Position numbers and translations under genes: made by a program | The notes under the pieces: generated by a model | Told to the model about the DNA's origin: nothing | Seen by the model: the letters and a program-made list of their open reading frames with translations, nothing else | The model's database searches: none | Part shown: positions 46,451 to 55,037 of the stretch, piece after piece | Position numbering within the stretch: the first letter of the stretch is position 1 | Layout: every line of letters begins with the position of its first letter | Source of the DNA: an uncultured Oscillospiraceae bacterium | Lineage (GTDB): Bacteria > Bacillota > Clostridia > Oscillospirales > Ruminococcaceae | Length of the DNA stretch: 59,926 nucleotides | Direction of reading: 5' to 3' | Assembly: GCA_964370155.1 (NCBI GenBank) | Contig: CAYJIC010000001.1 | Coordinates: forward strand, 1 to 59,926

Positions 46451-48671
46451 ATGCATCATAAAACCACAAAAAAAAGAAAATCTTTATTTATTGGGCTGGC
46501 AGTAGCGTTTTTAATGTTGCTGGTTGCGTTATTTTTTTTCAATTTTTCAATGGAGAGCCTGCTGGAAAATGCTATAAAAGATAACCTAACAAAAAAAGTA
46601 GAGCAAGAGCGGCAAACAATCAATAAGGATTTTTCAAGTGCGACAAATAGGATTTTAGGCATTGCAAATTCAATTTCATTTTATGGATATGACGAGGAAA
46701 GCTTGCTTGAATATTTAAAGTCACAGCTGGAAATAAGCATGTTTGATGACTTGCACTTTGTTGATCTTCATGGAAATGGTATATCTGCCACAGGCGAGAG
46801 TAAAAACTTTGCGCAGTCAGAATATCTGCAAGAAGCAAAAAACAATGTATATACCACCTCCGATATGTATGTCTCGGAAAAAAACAGGCCAAGATACGAT
46901 AGATATTGCTGCTTCTGTTATTGTAGACGGTAAAGAAGTCGGGGTTTTGGTTGGCGAGTATTCGCTGAAAGGTGTTCAGGATGTTCTTGTTGACGGGATG
47001 GTAGATGAATGGTATGTGCTGATTTGCAATAACACCGGCGCGGAAGTGTTCAGCACTACAGACGATTATATACCATTTGAACAGTTAGCCGAGGCTGAAA
47101 TTTTAGATGGCGAATCAGTGGAGCAAATCACATCAGATCTTGTGAATAAAGGTTCAGGTGTTGTACACTTTATGCTGGATGGCGTCGAAGTTATAGGTGT
47201 ATACACACCTATTGACATCAATGACTGGAGTATAGTGCTGATAGCGGATAAAGATACTGTGCTGCTGGAAGCAAGAGTTATGATACACAGCATCTCGGCT
47301 ATTAGCGTTGGGGTGTTCATGATGTTGCTTATTATTTTGATGGTAACAGGACGCTCTAAAATGAAAAGCATCAAAGAAATGGAAAAGATTGCGTATTATG
47401 ACGAGTTGACGGGCGCGCCAAATATACTGAAGTTTAGAAAAGATGTAAAAGAGATACTGACAAAAAATCCGACCGGTGAATTTGCCACCATGAAGATAGA
47501 TGTGGAAAATTTTAAGGCTATAAATGAATTGTTTAGTTTTGATGTGGGCAATAAAGTTATTTGCGCATTTGAAAAAACAGCCGCGTCGGTGAATGAAGAA
47601 GATTTTGTGTATTGTCGAAGCGGAATAGATGAGTTCATGTTTTTTGGAAGGGCGGAGTTTTTAGGGCGTCTTGAAGAACTTACAGCTCACTATGAAAGTT
47701 ACTTTAAAGAAACTGTGCCGGAAATTAAAAACCACCGCATATCGTTTAGGTATGGGCGATATTTCCTAGAACCCAATGAAAATGATGTGAATGAAATAAT
47801 AAACAAGACAAACATGGCGCATAGTATTGCAAAGGTAAAACGTGCTGCTGGAATTTGGGATTATGATGAAAATTACAAAAAGCAACTGGTGAAACAAGCA
47901 GAAATAGCAGACAAGATGAATATGGCGCTTAAAAATGGAGAGTTTGTGCCATATATGCAACCAAAAATCAGCCTACAAAATAATAGTTGTGTGGTGGGCG
48001 CCGAGGCGTTAGTTCGATGGGTGCAGAGTGATGGAAGCATGGTGTATCCAAATGAGTTTATCCCATTGTTTGAGGCAAATGGATTTATTGTAGAAATTGA
48101 CCGGCATATTCTTAGGTGTGTTTGCCAGACGGCAAAAGACTGGATTGATAAAGGGTACGAGTGTCCTCCGATTTCTGTGAATTTCTCACGTAGGCATTTG
48201 GATAACCCGAATTTCGTGCAAGAAGTTGTAGATATTGTTGATAGTTACAAAATCGACCATAAGTATATTGAAATAGAGCTGACGGAAACAGTGGTTCTTG
48301 ATAAAGAAAATGTACTGGAAAAAGCGCTGAATTCATTTGGTGATGAAGGATTTTCAGTGGCTATTGATGATTTTGGCTCGGGGTATTCTTCGCTTGGCCT
48401 TTTGAAGAACTTTAAAGTGGACACGCTAAAACTAGATAGAAGTTTCCTAGTGAATAATCGTGAGGATAAGCGGGCGGAGTGTGTGATTGATGGTGTGATA
48501 AAATTAGCACACAGCCTTAGTATGAATATTGTGGCAGAAGGCGTGGAAGAGGAAGAACAGGTGAATTTCCTTCGTGAAGTCAACTGTGAATCAGCACAAG
48601 GTTATTTCTATGCAAAACCGATGACGGTAGAGGATTTTGAAACAACATATTTTTTAATTGAAAAAGGATAA
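46451..48671 (+). pseudogene. frameshifted sensor protein: TM, Cache-like, TM, degenerate GGDEF, EAL
   Basis: ORFs 46451-46933 and 46743-48671 overlap in frames +0/+1. Removing one A from the A7 run (46878-46884) gives continuous ..DMYVSEKTGQDTIDIAASVIVDGKEVGVLVG.. (739 aa). The GGDEF site reads SGIDEF. EAL motifs EALVRW, DDFGSGYSSL and EGVEEEEQ are present. Confidence 0.8.
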
Positions 48672-48680
48672 ATACAGTTG

Positions 48681-48716
48681 GCAGGCCCATACTTTGGGTC
48701 TGCTATTTTTATTTTA
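48681..48716 (+). terminator. intrinsic terminator after the GGDEF-EAL gene
   Basis: GCAGGCCC (48681-48688) pairs with GGGTCTGC (48696-48703) with one G-U pair, followed by TATTTTTATTTT. Confidence 0.7.
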
Positions 48717-48788
48717 TAGTCGTCGCAAGCTGCCTGGATGGAGACGTTCCGATGTTGTGTAGAACTTACAATAACCTACAAAATATAT

Positions 48789-48817
48789 TTGTCTTTTAGT
48801 TTATAATTTGATATAAT
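48789..48817 (+). promoter_or_regulatory. candidate extended -10 promoter of the hydrogenase-like GGDEF gene
   Basis: TTGTCT (48789-48794), 17 nt ending in TGA, TATAAT (48812-48817). Confidence 0.5.
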
Positions 48818-48915
48818 CTTACTAATTGCACTTATTTTATAAGTCATACTTGGGCTGTAAATGAATGATAAAGATTATTTTGTTTGGCAAATAAGCTGAA
48901 AGGAGGATGATATGC

Positions 48916-50664
48916 ATGGAAAATCAAAAGCTTAATTTTGTTTATACTGAAGAAAGTAAATGCAAAGGATGTAATAAATGTGTGTTTAAATGTCCTACAA
49001 AGGCAAATAAAGCTGTGTGGGTGGAAGAAGAGAACAAAATACTCATCCGAAACGGACGTTGCATTTCTTGTAGTGAATGCATTGCCATTTGCGATCATGA
49101 AGCAAGGGATTATATAGACGATACAGAAACATTTTTTGATGATTTGAAAAATGGCGTATCTATCTCAGTGGTGGTGGCGCCTGCTGCAGCGACAAATTTT
49201 AAAGATTATGAAAATATCATTGGTTTTTTAAAGCACATGGGTGTTAATTTGATATATGATGTATCTTATGGTGCAAATATTTGCACATGGGGATATATAA
49301 GGGCAATCACCGAAAAAAAGCTAAAAACATTGATTGCACAGCCATGTCCGGTAGTGGTAAGTCATGTGGAAAAATATCATTCTTCGTTGATAGAGTATTT
49401 GTCGCCGGTGCACAGCCCGGTAGCGTGTGCGGCTATATACCTGAAAAAATACAAAAATGTGACAGATAAAATTGCGTTTTTATCTCCATGTATTGGTAAA
49501 AAAAGAGAGTGTATAGATCCAAATACAGATGATAGCATCCATTATAATGTCACGTTTTCAAAGTTTGCAAAGTATATAAAAGAGCATAATATTGACATCG
49601 GTAGTTATCCTAAAGCAGAGTTTGACAGCGTGGATATGTTGCTTGGTTTTGCTTTTCCAAGGCCGGGTGGTCTTAGTGAAAATGTGAGATTGTATTTAGG
49701 CGATGATGTGTGGATAAAGCAAATAGAAGGTATTTTTGTAATTGAAGATTACTTCAGGCAGTATGAGGACGACTTGAAAAATGAGCGGCCTGTACCGCTT
49801 ATTGTGGATGCGCTGAATTGTGAGCATGGGTGCAATTTAGGAACAGGAACTGATAAAGATGCAAGATACAACGAAATTGACTTCAAGATAAACCAAAAGA
49901 AGCAACGGGTAAACAAAAGTGATGTAGAAAAGTATGTGAAAATATTTAACGAGACTTTGGATTTGAATGATTTCATGCGTAAATATGACGATAAGAGCGT
50001 GGAATATAAAACATTGACAGATGCAGACCTTGAAAATATTTATATAGAGCTTGGGAAGCTGACAGAAGCAGACCGAAATATCAACTGTTTTTCATGCGGC
50101 TACGGCACATGTGAACGTTTTGCAATTGCAATTGCGAATGGAAATAATCACAAGAATAATTGTAGGCAATATCTTTTAGATAAGTTTAAATCTATGGGAT
50201 TTATTGATGATCTTACCGGCCTGAAAAATAGAAACAGTTTTGAGGTTGAAATAGAGCAGTATAAAGGCTCAGAAAATGAGGCAGTAGGAATTGTATTTGT
50301 GGATATTAATGGACTGAAAATAGCTAATGACACTTATGGGCATAAACGTGGCGATGCGATGATTACAGCATGCTCGGACATAATGAAGAATGTTTTTCCG
50401 GGAAAAGTCTTTCGTGTGGGTGGAGATGAGTTTGTGGTTGTTGCTGCCGGCATTTCAAAAGAATTGTTTGAAGATAAGATGATAGCTTTACGTAAAGCGT
50501 TTGAAAACAATGATACAATTCGGGTATCTATCGGTGAAACATGGAGTGACAATGTAGATGATATCCAAGATATGATAGCTGAAGCTGACCAAAAAATGTA
50601 TGAAGATAAAAAACTATATTACGAAAATAACAAGCATTTATGCGCGAGAGAGCCGATGGTGTGA
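48916..50664 (+). CDS. 2x[4Fe-4S] ferredoxin / [FeFe]-hydrogenase H-domain-like sensor fused to a GGDEF diguanylate cyclase
   Basis: CKGCNKCVFKCP and CISCSECIAICD. H-cluster-like motifs are AQPCP (Cys codon 49345-49347), SPCIGKKRE (49489-49491) and NCEHGCNLGTG (49819-49833). CFSCGYGTC follows, then an intact GGDEF (RVGGDEFVV). ATG 48916 lies 9 nt after GGAGG. Confidence 0.85.
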   Translation: MENQKLNFVYTEESKCKGCNKCVFKCPTKANKAVWVEEENKILIRNGRCISCSECIAICDHEARDYIDDTETFFDDLKNGVSISVVVAPAAATNFKDYENIIGFLKHMGVNLIYDVSYGANICTWGYIRAITEKKLKTLIAQPCPVVVSHVEKYHSSLIEYLSPVHSPVACAAIYLKKYKNVTDKIAFLSPCIGKKRECIDPNTDDSIHYNVTFSKFAKYIKEHNIDIGSYPKAEFDSVDMLLGFAFPRPGGLSENVRLYLGDDVWIKQIEGIFVIEDYFRQYEDDLKNERPVPLIVDALNCEHGCNLGTGTDKDARYNEIDFKINQKKQRVNKSDVEKYVKIFNETLDLNDFMRKYDDKSVEYKTLTDADLENIYIELGKLTEADRNINCFSCGYGTCERFAIAIANGNNHKNNCRQYLLDKFKSMGFIDDLTGLKNRNSFEVEIEQYKGSENEAVGIVFVDINGLKIANDTYGHKRGDAMITACSDIMKNVFPGKVFRVGGDEFVVVAAGISKELFEDKMIALRKAFENNDTIRVSIGETWSDNVDDIQDMIAEADQKMYEDKKLYYENNKHLCAREPMV

Positions 50665-50695
50665 TGCGTAAAGAGTGCATAAAAAATATAAAATG

Positions 50696-50724
50696 TTGAC
50701 TTTTTTAAAAATATGTGATTTAAT
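50696..50724 (+). promoter_or_regulatory. candidate promoter of the aro leader transcript
   Basis: TTGACT (50696-50701), 17 nt ending in TGA, TTTAAT (50719-50724). Confidence 0.45.
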
Positions 50725-50780
50725 AATAACGGCTGGTAACACTAGCCGGTAGATATTTTGTTTTAAAAAGGATATTTATA

Positions 50781-50882
50781 ATGATAACTGTTGCAAACAA
50801 TCGATTTTATTTTTACTTTTACTTTATTAGCTTGTTTAATAAGGTGTTCTTTGGTTTGCAACAACGGATATATGAAAAGTAA
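50781..50882 (+). CDS. candidate Phe/Tyr-rich leader peptide of the aro operon (33 aa)
   Basis: AAAGGA (50767-50772), 8 nt, ATG 50781. Reads MITVANNRFYFYFYFISLFNKVFFGLQQRIYEK, stop TAA 50880-50882. 7 Phe and 4 Tyr codons, with the FYFYFYF run at 50805-50825. Confidence 0.6.
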   Translation: MITVANNRFYFYFYFISLFNKVFFGLQQRIYEK

Positions 50883-50900
50883 AATACTTTATTGCATATA

Positions 50901-50937
50901 TACCCGAGGTTCACTAAAGAACCCCGGGTATTTTTTT
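50901..50937 (+). terminator. intrinsic terminator (attenuator) 35 nt upstream of aroF
   Basis: TACCCGAGGTTC (50901-50912) pairs with GAACCCCGGGTA (50919-50930) with one A-C mismatch and a 6-nt loop, followed by T7 (50931-50937). Confidence 0.8.
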
Positions 50938-50972
50938 ATATTTAAAATTGGCAAAAAAAGGAGATAGACATT

Positions 50973-51986
50973 ATGGTGATCATACTGAAAGAGAAAAAAG
51001 ATGAAAGACAAATAGAAAATTTGCGTCAATGGCTTGAAAGCATGGGGCTTAGCATTAACGTAGTAGACGGTGAAAGCCGGACTATTATAGGCGTAATAGG
51101 CGACACTTCGGTGGTGGATGTTGATGTGATTGACTCACTTGATATTGTGCAAAGTGTGAAACGTATTCAAGAGCCGTATAAAAAAGCAAATAAAAAGTTT
51201 CATCCTGAGTCTTCGGTAATCACCTTATCTGATGGCACTAAAATAGGTGGTGGAAATTTTGTGGTCATGGCGGGACCGTGCTCGGTGGAATCGCGTGAGC
51301 AAATTTGCGAAGTGGCAAACTCTGTGAAGGCGAATGGAGCAAATATACTTCGTGGCGGAGCTTTCAAACCCAGAACATCGCCATATGCTTTCCAAGGCAT
51401 GGGAAGTGAAGGGCTTGATTTATTGCTGGAAGCTCAAAAAGAAACTGGGTTGCCGATCATTTCTGAGCTGATGGATCTTGCGCAATTGCCGCTGTTTGAA
51501 AATGTAGATATCATCCAGATAGGCGCTCGCAACATGCAAAATTTCACTTTGCTGAAAGAACTTGGCAAGTCAGGAAAGCCTATTTTGCTGAAGCGTGGCC
51601 TAGCCAATACGTTGGAAGAGCTGATGATGAGCGCGGAATATGTTATGGCAGGTGGCAACAGCCAGTTGATTTTATGTGAGCGAGGCATCCGCACATTTGA
51701 AACAGCTGTACGGAATACGCTAGACTTATCGGCTATTCCTGTGCTAAAAGAAAAAACTCATTTGCCAATTATCATTGATCCGAGTCATGCGACAGGGTAT
51801 GCGAAGTTTGTGCCAAGTATGTCTTTGGCGGCAGTGGCTGCAGGCGCCGACGGACTGATAATTGAAGTGCACAACAATCCTAAAAAAGCACTTTGTGACG
51901 GGCCACAGTCCTTGACAATGCAGGAGTTTGAAAAATTATCGGGTCAAATTAGTGTCTTACGCGAGACAATGAAATCTTTTACTTAG
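50973..51986 (+). CDS. aroF: 3-deoxy-7-phosphoheptulonate (DAHP) synthase, type I-beta with N-terminal regulatory domain
   Basis: 337 aa. A ferredoxin-like N-domain of about 65 aa, then GPCSVES, LRGGAFKPRTSPY and IIDPSH. Confidence 0.92.
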   Translation: MVIILKEKKDERQIENLRQWLESMGLSINVVDGESRTIIGVIGDTSVVDVDVIDSLDIVQSVKRIQEPYKKANKKFHPESSVITLSDGTKIGGGNFVVMAGPCSVESREQICEVANSVKANGANILRGGAFKPRTSPYAFQGMGSEGLDLLLEAQKETGLPIISELMDLAQLPLFENVDIIQIGARNMQNFTLLKELGKSGKPILLKRGLANTLEELMMSAEYVMAGGNSQLILCERGIRTFETAVRNTLDLSAIPVLKEKTHLPIIIDPSHATGYAKFVPSMSLAAVAAGADGLIIEVHNNPKKALCDGPQSLTMQEFEKLSGQISVLRETMKSFT

Positions 51987-51996
51987 GAGAAATATA

Positions 51997-52833
51997 ATGA
52001 AAAAAGTAATAGGAATTGTGGGACTTGGATTGATTGGTGGTTCTATTGCCAAGGCAATTGCGGCGAAAACAGACCATACGGTGCTAGCGTATGACAAAAA
52101 TAGTGATGTGCTGGCAAAAGCGATAGAGGACGAAGTGGTTAGTCGCGAACTGACGGAAGATAGTTTGCAGGAGTGCTCTATGGTGGTGGTGTGCTTGTAT
52201 CCACAAGATACTATTGCGTATGTGAAAGAAAATATAAAGCACATGAAAAACGGCACGTTGATTGTGGACTGTGCAGGCGTGAAAAGTTCAATTTGTCGTG
52301 AATTATCTATTTTTTGCCAGGATAACAGATGCTTTTTTGTGGGTGGTCATCCCATGGCAGGTATAGAAAAATCAGGTTATACAGCAGCATCAGAAGGACT
52401 GTTTTGTGGCGCTACCATGATTTTATGCAAAGATGAAAATACAAACATAGTGGCGGTGACGGCGCTGGAGTTATTTTTTAAAAGTTTGGGTTTTGAAAAG
52501 ATTGTACACTCAAACGCCGAAGAACACGACGCTACCATTGCATTTACATCACAGCTGGCGCATGTGGTATCGAATGCATATGTGCAAAGCACGTATGCAG
52601 AAAGGCAGTCTGACTTTTCCGGAGGTAGCTATCAAGATCTTACGAGGGTAGCATATTTGAACGAAGAAATGTGGGCTCAGCTATTTTTGGAAAACAAGCC
52701 GTTTTTGGTACCTGAAATTCGTAGCTTGGCCGAAAGAATGTTGCAATATGCTGATTTTATTGAAAATAACGATAAAGAAGGTTTGAAAGCGTTGTTGTGC
52801 AAAGGCAAGGAAATGAAAGAAAAGGTGGGCTAG
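51997..52833 (+). CDS. tyrA: prephenate dehydrogenase
   Basis: IVGLGLIGGSIA Rossmann motif and GGHPMAG. Confidence 0.9.
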   Translation: MKKVIGIVGLGLIGGSIAKAIAAKTDHTVLAYDKNSDVLAKAIEDEVVSRELTEDSLQECSMVVVCLYPQDTIAYVKENIKHMKNGTLIVDCAGVKSSICRELSIFCQDNRCFFVGGHPMAGIEKSGYTAASEGLFCGATMILCKDENTNIVAVTALELFFKSLGFEKIVHSNAEEHDATIAFTSQLAHVVSNAYVQSTYAERQSDFSGGSYQDLTRVAYLNEEMWAQLFLENKPFLVPEIRSLAERMLQYADFIENNDKEGLKALLCKGKEMKEKVG

Positions 52834-52836
52834 AGT

Positions 52837-53880
52837 GTGAAGAAAATTTTTGTAGATGTATCTAAAAGCTACAATGTGATGGTGGAAAAAGGTAGCATCG
52901 CCACCTGTGGTAAACTGATACGAGAGGTTAAAGATGCGTGCACGGCGGTTATCATCAGTGATGATACTGTCTATCCTCTTTACGGTGAAGTGATAGAAAA
53001 ATCGCTTACGGAAAACGGATTTTCGGTCTTGAGCTTTGTGTTTTCGGCAGGCGAGCGGTCTAAAAACCTTGCTACAGCAGGTGGAATTTTACAGTTTTTA
53101 GCCGAGAATAAGGTGGCTCGCTCGGATGTGCTGGTGGCGCTGGGTGGTGGTGTTGTGGGCGACATGGTGGGCTTTTGCGCTTCGATATATCTGCGTGGTA
53201 TTCCATATGTGCAAATTCCCACTACGGTGCTTGCGGCGGTGGACTCTTCTGTAGGCGGTAAAACAGGGGTAGACCTAAGCTGCGGCAAAAACTTGGTAGG
53301 TAGCTTTTACCATCCGTTGCTGGTAGTGTGTGATACAGATACGTTTTCGACACTCAGTCGTGAAATATATACTGATGGTTTGTGTGAAGTGATAAAATAC
53401 GGATGTATTTTAGACAAAGCACTTTTTGATTTGTTGGCAGAGGGCAGGTTTGATGAGTGTCTTGAAGATGTGGTGGCAAGGTGTATTGAACTAAAAGCCG
53501 ATATTGTATCGCAAGATGAGTTTGATAATGGAATTAGGCAAATTTTGAACTATGGGCACACTATGGGCCATGCAATTGAGGCGCTTAGCGATTATAGCAT
53601 ATCGCATGGCAAATCAGTGGCCGCAGGAATGGTGTGTATAGAAAAAGCAGCAGGTAGCGGCTTTGATAAAGATATTAAAAATGTACTTGATGTGTATGAC
53701 ATTAATGTGCAATGCCCATATACCGCAGAAGAAATAACCCAGCGTGCAACAAACGATAAGAAAATCAAAAATGGATCTCTTTCGCTGATTTTGCTGAAAG
53801 AGATTGGCAAAAGTGTGATTTCGCCTATGCCGGTAGAAAAACTTTGCGATTTTTTTGCCAAAGGAGTGGATGCTTTATGA
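52837..53880 (+). CDS. aroB: 3-dehydroquinate synthase
   Basis: LGGGVVGDMVGF, DSSVGGKTG, NYGHTMGHAIE. GTG start 7 nt after AAGGTGG. Confidence 0.93.
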   Translation: MKKIFVDVSKSYNVMVEKGSIATCGKLIREVKDACTAVIISDDTVYPLYGEVIEKSLTENGFSVLSFVFSAGERSKNLATAGGILQFLAENKVARSDVLVALGGGVVGDMVGFCASIYLRGIPYVQIPTTVLAAVDSSVGGKTGVDLSCGKNLVGSFYHPLLVVCDTDTFSTLSREIYTDGLCEVIKYGCILDKALFDLLAEGRFDECLEDVVARCIELKADIVSQDEFDNGIRQILNYGHTMGHAIEALSDYSISHGKSVAAGMVCIEKAAGSGFDKDIKNVLDVYDINVQCPYTAEEITQRATNDKKIKNGSLSLILLKEIGKSVISPMPVEKLCDFFAKGVDAL

Positions 53881-55037
53881 ATGTGAAAATAACTCCTGCA
53901 AAGTTAAGTGGTGGAATAGACGCTATTTCGTCTAAATCGTATGCACATCGTATTTTGCTTGCGGCAGCATTGTGTAAAAGTCCAACGGAAATCAGGCTGA
54001 ACCATTTTTCAGACGATATCAAGGCAAGCATTGGGGCAATTGCCGCTATGGGGGCAAAGTTTGAAAGCAGAGAAAAAGGCATTTTGGTAATACCGCCTGA
54101 ATATTTTGCGCAGGAAATATCGGTGAATGCAAAAGAAAGCGGGACCACGGCAAGGATGATACTGCCTATACTTACAGCCGTGAGCAGAAAAGGCGAGCTA
54201 AGTGGGGAAGGTTCGCTAACAAAAAGGCCGTTCGCTGACTTGTGTCAGGCCATTGAGTCAAATGGGATAATATTCAATAACCATAACTTGCCGATTTCAT
54301 ATGAGGGCGACATGATGGCTGGCAAGTATGAAATTGCTGGAAATGTTAGCAGTCAGTATATCTCGGGCTTGATGTATGCTTTGCCACTTTTAGCCGGAAA
54401 CAGTAGCATTTATTTAACAACAAATGCTGTCTCACAAGGATATTTAGACATCACAAAACAGGTACTTGAAGATTTTGGGATACAAAGCGGGTATGAGATA
54501 AAAGGCGAACAAGAGTATAAATCACCCGGATGCGTTACGGTGGAGGGTGACTGGTCAAATGCATCGTATTGGCTGTGTGTAGGAATAAAACCTATTGGGC
54601 TAAATCAGAACTCGTTACAAAATGATAGATTGTTCACTGTGGTAAAAGATGAAGATGAGATTGATGCCGAGGAGATTCCAGACCTTGTTCCTGCGCTTGC
54701 GGTATATGCCACGCAAAAGGAAAAACCCACTAAGATTTATAATATACAACGCCTTAGGATAAAGGAAAGTGACCGCGTGAAAAGCGTCAGCGACATGATA
54801 ACAGCGCTGGGTGGGAAGATTACCACTGATGATGCGGCGATGTATATCACGCCTTCAAAACTACGAGGTGGAGTGGTGGATGGGTGTGGCGATCACAGGA
54901 TTGTGATGTCGGCGGCGGTGGCTTCATGTTTTTGCAGTGAAGAGGTGCATATCTTAGGTGCGCAGGCGGTAAATAAATCTTACCCACAGTTTTTTGAAGA
55001 TTTTGCCATGTTGGGAGGAAAAGTAAATGTCTTGTAA
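53877..55037 (+). CDS. aroA: 3-phosphoshikimate 1-carboxyvinyltransferase (EPSP synthase)
   Basis: SSKSYAHRIL, GTTARM, DHRIVMSAAV. ATGA overlap with the aroB stop, with AAGGAG 10 nt upstream. Confidence 0.93.
   Translation: MNVKITPAKLSGGIDAISSKSYAHRILLAAALCKSPTEIRLNHFSDDIKASIGAIAAMGAKFESREKGILVIPPEYFAQEISVNAKESGTTARMILPILTAVSRKGELSGEGSLTKRPFADLCQAIESNGIIFNNHNLPISYEGDMMAGKYEIAGNVSSQYISGLMYALPLLAGNSSIYLTTNAVSQGYLDITKQVLEDFGIQSGYEIKGEQEYKSPGCVTVEGDWSNASYWLCVGIKPIGLNQNSLQNDRLFTVVKDEDEIDAEEIPDLVPALAVYATQKEKPTKIYNIQRLRIKESDRVKSVSDMITALGGKITTDDAAMYITPSKLRGGVVDGCGDHRIVMSAAVASCFCSEEVHILGAQAVNKSYPQFFEDFAMLGGKVNVL

Noticed and set aside
46743-46877. Treating 46743 as the true start of a separate 642-aa GGDEF-EAL gene.
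   Set aside because: The first about 45 residues in that frame (MMTCTLLIFMEMVYLPQARVKTL...) are out-of-frame reading of the Cache domain encoded by the upstream ORF. There is no SD, and continuity is restored by a 1-nt change in the A7 run.
50730-50748. Hairpin CGGCTGG-taaca-CTAGCCG as the terminator of the hydrogenase-like GGDEF gene.
   Set aside because: The T-rich tract (TATTTTGTTTT) starts 6 nt after the stem. The hairpin also lies downstream of the candidate aro leader promoter, so it may equally be a 5' stem-loop of the leader transcript. Left unassigned.
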